A stretch of DNA of 56,553 nucleotides from Catajapyx aquilonaris (taxonomy: Eukaryota). The position numbers were made by a program, and so were the translations under genes. The stretch is from NCBI GenBank assembly GCA_000934665.2, contig KZ538127.1, positions 62,001 to 118,553 of the forward strand. Reading direction: 5' to 3'. The notes under the pieces were generated by a model. It saw only the letters and a list, made by a program, of their open reading frames with translations. It searched no databases and had not been told where the DNA came from. Shown here piece by piece: positions 51,634 to 56,553 of the stretch. Every line of letters begins with the position of its first letter. The first letter of the stretch is position 1.

Positions 51634-54601
51634 ATGGCCGCTTCTCGTCGTTCCTGGTTTTTCCTTCTGCTTGGGACGTGTCTCCTTGCCGGTTACTGCT
51701 GCCATGGACAGGCCAGGAGGAAAGAGGTAGGCATGGTTGGATTTGGGAGGGTCACTTTGGGCATCGGTTGGGGGGACAGATTTTCCCAGGGGTGTCTTCA
51801 GGGCAGTAGGTACAGCGCAGTGTGATGTGTTCCCCGTTGCAGCCTGGTTCTAGTTTGGCGGATAGGGTTCAGCAGCTGGTGGACCTGAACTCGAAGCGGT
51901 CCGTGCTGCGGTTGAATGGGAACAAGTTCAAGGATCTGGTCAAGGCGTCGCCACGCAACTACTCCGTGGTTGTCATGTTCACTGCGATGGCTCCGTCCAG
52001 GCAGTGCTCCATCTGCAGACATGCGCATGACGAGTTTCAGATTGTGGCCAACTCCTACCGATACTCCCAGGTGTACTCAACGAAGCTGTTCTTCGCAATG
52101 GTGGACTTCGACGAGGCGCCCGACGTCTTCCAACTGGTCAGGTCGCTGTTTGCTTTCATGTGATCAGAGAATGACGTTAAACTTCCTTTTCAGCTGAGGA
52201 TCAACACAGCTCCTATATTTATGCACTTTCCGCCAAAGGGAAAACCAAAGAGTAGCGATACGATGGATATACAGAGGGTTGGGTTTGCGTCTGAAGCTGT
52301 AGCTAAATGGATCGGGGAACGGACAGACATACAGGTCAGTTTATTGCGAATATAAACAAATTCACAAATTAATACGAGATGGCCAGTTGGATTGTACCTG
52401 GTCATCGCTGGTATATCTTGATGGGATAAGGACGTTTTTTTAAAAAAACCTACATGTATTAATTTGTACAATTGCTTCTCCGTGTTAAAGATCCGTGTGT
52501 TCCGACCACCAAACTACTCTGGGACGGTGGCCCTGATTGTCCTATTCGGTCTGGTGGGTGGCCTTCTGTACCTGCGCCGCAACAACCTGGAGTTCCTATC
52601 GAACAAGACGGCATGGGCAGTGGGAGCTCTCCTCTTCATATTCGCCATGACTTCTGGCCAGATGTGGAATCACATCCGTGGACCTCCTTTTGTCCACAAG
52701 ACGGCTGCTGGGCACGTGGCATACATCCATGGCTCTTCCCAAGCCCAGTTCATCCTTGAGACCTATATTGTGATCATGCTGAATGGTGCTATTGTCCTAG
52801 GCATGATACTTATGACAGAGGCTGCCGCAGGGAAAGGGGATGTCCGGAAGAGAAGAATACTTGCCATGGTGGGACTCGCTTTCCTTGCCTTCTTCTTTAG
52901 CCTCATGCTGTCCATATTCAGGTCCAAGGCCCATGGATATCCATACAGGTGAGAATGCCATTACTGTACACACCTCAAGAAATGCATGCCTTACATATTT
53001 TTGCAGTTTGTGTATAAGTGTTGCTGAGCTAGTTGGAAATGCCCATGATAAGATGTAAAATGGTGCAAGCATGTACTTGTGTAAAAGAAATTGATGTTTC
53101 GGTATTACACAACTTATTGATCTTTTCAATTGGCGTCGGAGCTTAAAACATTGGGATTAATGTTTACAGGTGCTAAATAAGAAATTTATAAAAATGTTGT
53201 TGCCAATCACAGCTTGGAAAGCTTAGATCGCTTTACACTGCATTGTTTTCTTGGACCTAGCAATTTCTAAACCCAGTCTCTTCACTTGTGTACAATTTAA
53301 TTTACACATTACTGTCGCTAATGCCAACAGGAAATAGATCAAGCTTGGATGGAAAAGTAAAGGAAATCTTCACTGGTAATACAGCTTTTCATGTGAATAG
53401 ATTTGATGCTTTGTTTATGCTCGAATGTACCCATGATGATAGTAGGCTATTCTTGCCATCCTGTAATTAGTTTTTATGATATGGATAATCTTTTGCCTTG
53501 CTGGCTCATAGCTGGGAATATAATGGATGTCTGAAACTTTGGCATAATTACGAAGTTGAAGTGTCATGTGCAAAAAAGGGGCGTGCTTCCAGCTTCCTTG
53601 GAGCAGTGATTCTCAAAGTGTCACATGCAGCTCACTGGTGAGCCTTCAGCCCTCTCTTGTCGGCTGTGAATTGATCTGAAAGATCTTTCTTCGTTTTTAC
53701 AGGCCAATGGCATGTGCTTAATAATTGCAGGTCTAAGCATGCTTTGGTCTAGGCCACTAAGGAGTCGTTTGTTCCACCATAACTGGGCTGCATACAGAGT
53801 GTGAGAGTCACTGCTTTAGAGACGAAATGCTGTAAATAATGCCAGTAACTTTTGTGGGAAAATGGGGTGCATGGGTGCTAGTGAATGGGCAGAACAGTAT
53901 TTAGGTACAAAAACTACGTGGGAACCTGTGCGTAATGTACAGTGAAACTAGTCCAACGTGGAACCATTGCTTGAACTTGGCAAATGTTTTTCGGTGCACA
54001 TGCTAGAAACTTCTTCAGTAAGTATTTTCTGCTTCAGCACATCTTCATTTTTGCACTTTGTACTGCACTGCTGTGCATAACATTACCAGTAGCAGGCATG
54101 TAATTTTACTACATATTGCGGATATACTGTAAATAATTTAATATTAACTGTTGAAATTAGCTGTGATGTGCCCTTGGGTGTGATAGAGATAGTTTACAAT
54201 ACTGATGGGCTTCATCATGTGTCGAGTACTTACTACTCCAATAAGGTTTAATTTTCTCTGCTTGTACAAGTAGATTACTGGAAAAAATCGCTATCAGTAG
54301 TGTACTTGTCATGCCTTTCTAATCCAAACTCATATTGTTGTATGTGTAATTGTAAAATTAAAGTATGAAAACACACACACACGGGGTGTAAAGTTTGAGA
54401 TATGAGCATGGTATGTAATGAGGGCCTTTTGTATGGGCATCAGATAGTTAATTGCCAGGAGTAATAGTGCCAATCATTAAGGGCAGCATTACGCAATATT
54501 GTAAATATTATTATTATAAGTGTTTTTCAGCTAAACCTTTGGTTATTTCGCAATTAATAATTATTCCACTATGTTTTTGTTACAGTTTCCTGCTGAAGTG
54601 A
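51634..54601 (+). CDS. TUSC3: Oligosaccharyltransferase OST3/OST6-family subunit (TUSC3/MAGT1, Ost-gamma), 5 exons, ~333 aa
   Basis: Exons 51634-51726 (signal peptide), 51843-52136 ([22 protein letters not shown] thioredoxin-like CxxC, AMVDFDE), 52194-52334, 52491-52948 ([20 protein letters not shown] helices, [10 protein letters not shown]), 54586-54601 (SFLLK*); 1002 nt. AATAAA at ~54915. Confidence 0.95.
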
Positions 54602-55180
54602 TCTAGTCAACCGTTGTGATGCAAGATGGACATGGCACATTTCCAATTCCGTTTGTTTTGAACGTTTTCACTGCAATTAGAAGTCAGCTCAATGCAGCCT
54701 GTGTGGTACAGTAATATTGGGACCCAAGAGAATTTGATGCAAAATCTGTCCACTTTTGTACTCCTACAGTGTTTTCATGTCTAATATACATTGTATCAAA
54801 ATGCTTCCTCTTTTTATTTCATTTTCTCAAACTCTAATCAACTTTTTTTTCCAATTTTTTAGATATTGTATGTGAAAGGTACTCCGTAGGACACTTCCTG
54901 AAATCCATATTCACAATAAATTATTTCTCACTTGCAAACTCAGGTTCTTGCAAGCTTACAAAACTACCTTGAGCAGGTTCATTGCTTATTATGAGTAGAA
55001 AATTCCGAGTGCATGACACTCCATAGGAGAAAAGTAAAATATATTTCAATAGATTGAGCTAATTGGCTCCATATCCATATTTGCGGCCGTGACAGCGAGA
55101 GGAAGAAGTGTCAAACTCACGGGCCGGCCCGCGACGGGCTCCCCGAAACAATGGATAGCGCCCTTAAAATGTAGGCTTTG

Positions 55181-55320
55181 CCCAAGAGGGCCCTGCCCTG
55201 AAACGGGGTAAATAAATAAATAAATAATAATTTATTAGTGGATTTCTTCTCTTACATAATTATATCTGGAGCTGTCCCCCCAAGAGGGCTCTGCCCCATA
55301 ACGGGGTAGCATAAATAAAC
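55181..55320 (+). repeat. Two copies of a retroelement-like 3' tail fragment
   Basis: CCCAAGAGGGC(C/T)CTGCCC...AACGGGGTA followed by (AAAT)n at ~55181 and ~55278. Confidence 0.55.
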
Positions 55321-55386
55321 AAATTGAGTAAATGAATAAACACGGCCCTGGTTATATCATGCTATGTGCTGTCGGCCGCAGAAGTA

Positions 55387-55978
55387 CAGTAAAACTTCCC
55401 TAAGTCGAAGTTCTCTATAAGCCAATGAAAATGACGAGCTTGGTTGGTCACAATGTAAAAGAATAGGAAATAAACTTCCCTAACTCGAATTTCTATAACT
55501 CGAAGTTCTCCATAACTCGAAGTGCAGGCAGGGCCTTACGATGGGATATCAATGCATTTTCAGTCTCCCTAAGCACAAGTTCATGTTGGCGAGTACGGAA
55601 AATCTTCTCATTTCCCAACCGAAGGGTCGAGAGTAAGCCACGTGTACAGAAAGGCCCAATTTCCTGATCCCCGTCTACCATACGTACAGAAAGAAGTGTT
55701 TGACTCGATTTTGACAATTGAATCCTTGGATCTATCTAAGAGTAGGAAAATGTCCATCACGGAGTCTTTTTTTCACAACAAAACAACGTGAAACATTGTA
55801 AGTGTGATAGAGACAGTTATTTTCAAGTTATGAACACCTTTCGTCGCTGGATATAAAGGTATGCTTCCTTATAGAGTTATGTGCTTCAACAAAATCCAAA
55901 CTTCTCCAACTCGAATCTTCTATAACTCGAAGTTTTTTTTCAGGTCCCATGGAGATTCGACTTATAGAAGTTTTACTG
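55387..55978. mobile_element. Non-autonomous pogo/Tigger-type element, TA TSD
   Basis: TA|CAGTAAAACTTCCCTAAGTCGAA ... TTCGACTTATAGAAGTTTTACTG|TA, with subterminal TAACTCGAA repeats near both ends. Confidence 0.85.
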
Positions 55979-56306
55979 TAATTCGTGTCCTGAAAATAAT
56001 CTACTCTTGAATCTGCTTTACCGAAACATTGGCCTTCAAGCTGATAGATTTCTGTATAAGCAGCAGCTCGTTGGCAAACGTAATATCCGTGTTTTGCCAC
56101 AGTATAATTTCGGATAATGCGCCTGTGTTGCTTACGTGATAAATATCAAAATAGGTACGGTATTGGAGTAGAAACGCCCAATGCAGGAGACAAAGTGGAG
56201 GCCCATTTTTGGGACCTTCAGCAAGAGAATGTTTCTGTTGTATATATGGTGAAAGGCCACCACATCAGAAGGTACCCTGGAGCTGTCTTTGCCGCACGGT
56301 CGAGAC

Positions 56307-56553
56307 ATGATGCTGGCCATTGTTCAACTGCTTCTGGGGATACCATTGTTGGCAACGGGATTGCCGATTATCACTAATCGGGCCAATGACGAGGCTACGG
56401 GACTGGTGTCATCCCTGGTCCAGCAAATCCATGGCGAGAAGAAGGACTGCCTCCTGGTCCTGGGCCACGACTACGAGAAGCTGCCCTGGGAGATGAGGTC
56501 TCTGTTGCAGCAAGTGTCCGACCAGGGAGGGGCCTCCGCGTCCATCCGGTGGA
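56307..56553 (+). CDS. N-terminus of a signal-peptide-bearing protein, truncated by the window edge (possibly a divergent ionotropic receptor)
   Basis: Open frame MMLAIVQLLLGIPLLATGLPIITNRANDEATGLVSSLVQQIHGEKKDCLLVLGHDYEKLPWEMRSLLQQVSDQEGASASIRW reaches the end with no stop; GC-rich codon usage; TATATA about 65 bp upstream. The family assignment is a guess. Confidence 0.65.
   Translation, partial: MMLAIVQLLLGIPLLATGLPIITNRANDEATGLVSSLVQQIHGEKKDCLLVLGHDYEKLPWEMRSLLQQVSDQGGASASIRW

Noticed and set aside
53006..53058. Alternative TUSC3 last exon
   Set aside because: An acceptor exists, but the peptide is unlike the family C-terminus; 54586-54601 (SFLLK*) fits the conserved ending.
53603..53645. 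hAT-like terminus CAGTGATTCTCAAA (similar GTGTCAAACT at ~55109)
   Set aside because: No matching opposite end or 8 bp TSD found.

Overview
Eukaryotic genomic DNA: AT-rich, GT-AG introns, short N gaps. The gene content suggests an arthropod, probably an insect (inference). Left to right: (1) about 10 kb that is probably intron, with decayed DNA-transposon remnants, belonging to a minus-strand gene whose first signal-peptide exon is at 10474-10636; (2) a divergently transcribed 4-exon SRA1 gene; (3) a 15-exon minus-strand OTU+Tudor gene (otu/OTUD4/ALG13 family) with an intact Cys/His catalytic pair, a long low-complexity tail and a probable ~3.5 kb 3' UTR; (4) an 11-exon ARHGAP6/RhoGAP102A-like RhoGAP; (5) a junction of decayed gene fragments: one rumi/POGLUT1-like exon plus a 5'-truncated, intron-retaining TGFBRAP1 pseudogene carrying a tRNA-derived SINE; (6) an ACAD9/Egm-like gene with eroded FAD-binding motifs, head-to-head with TUSC3/MAGT1; (7) the start of a signal-peptide ORF running off the right edge. 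Several hairpin MITEs occur, including a nested cluster. No CRISPR array, rRNA or functional tRNA was seen. Exon models were built by hand from splice sites and reading-frame phase. Family calls rest on recalled motifs, not database searches. I cannot demonstrate a wholly new biological system. The best leads are the rumi/TGFBRAP1 junction, the degenerate ACAD9, the OTU protein architecture and the TGATG-coupled uORF on the RhoGAP.
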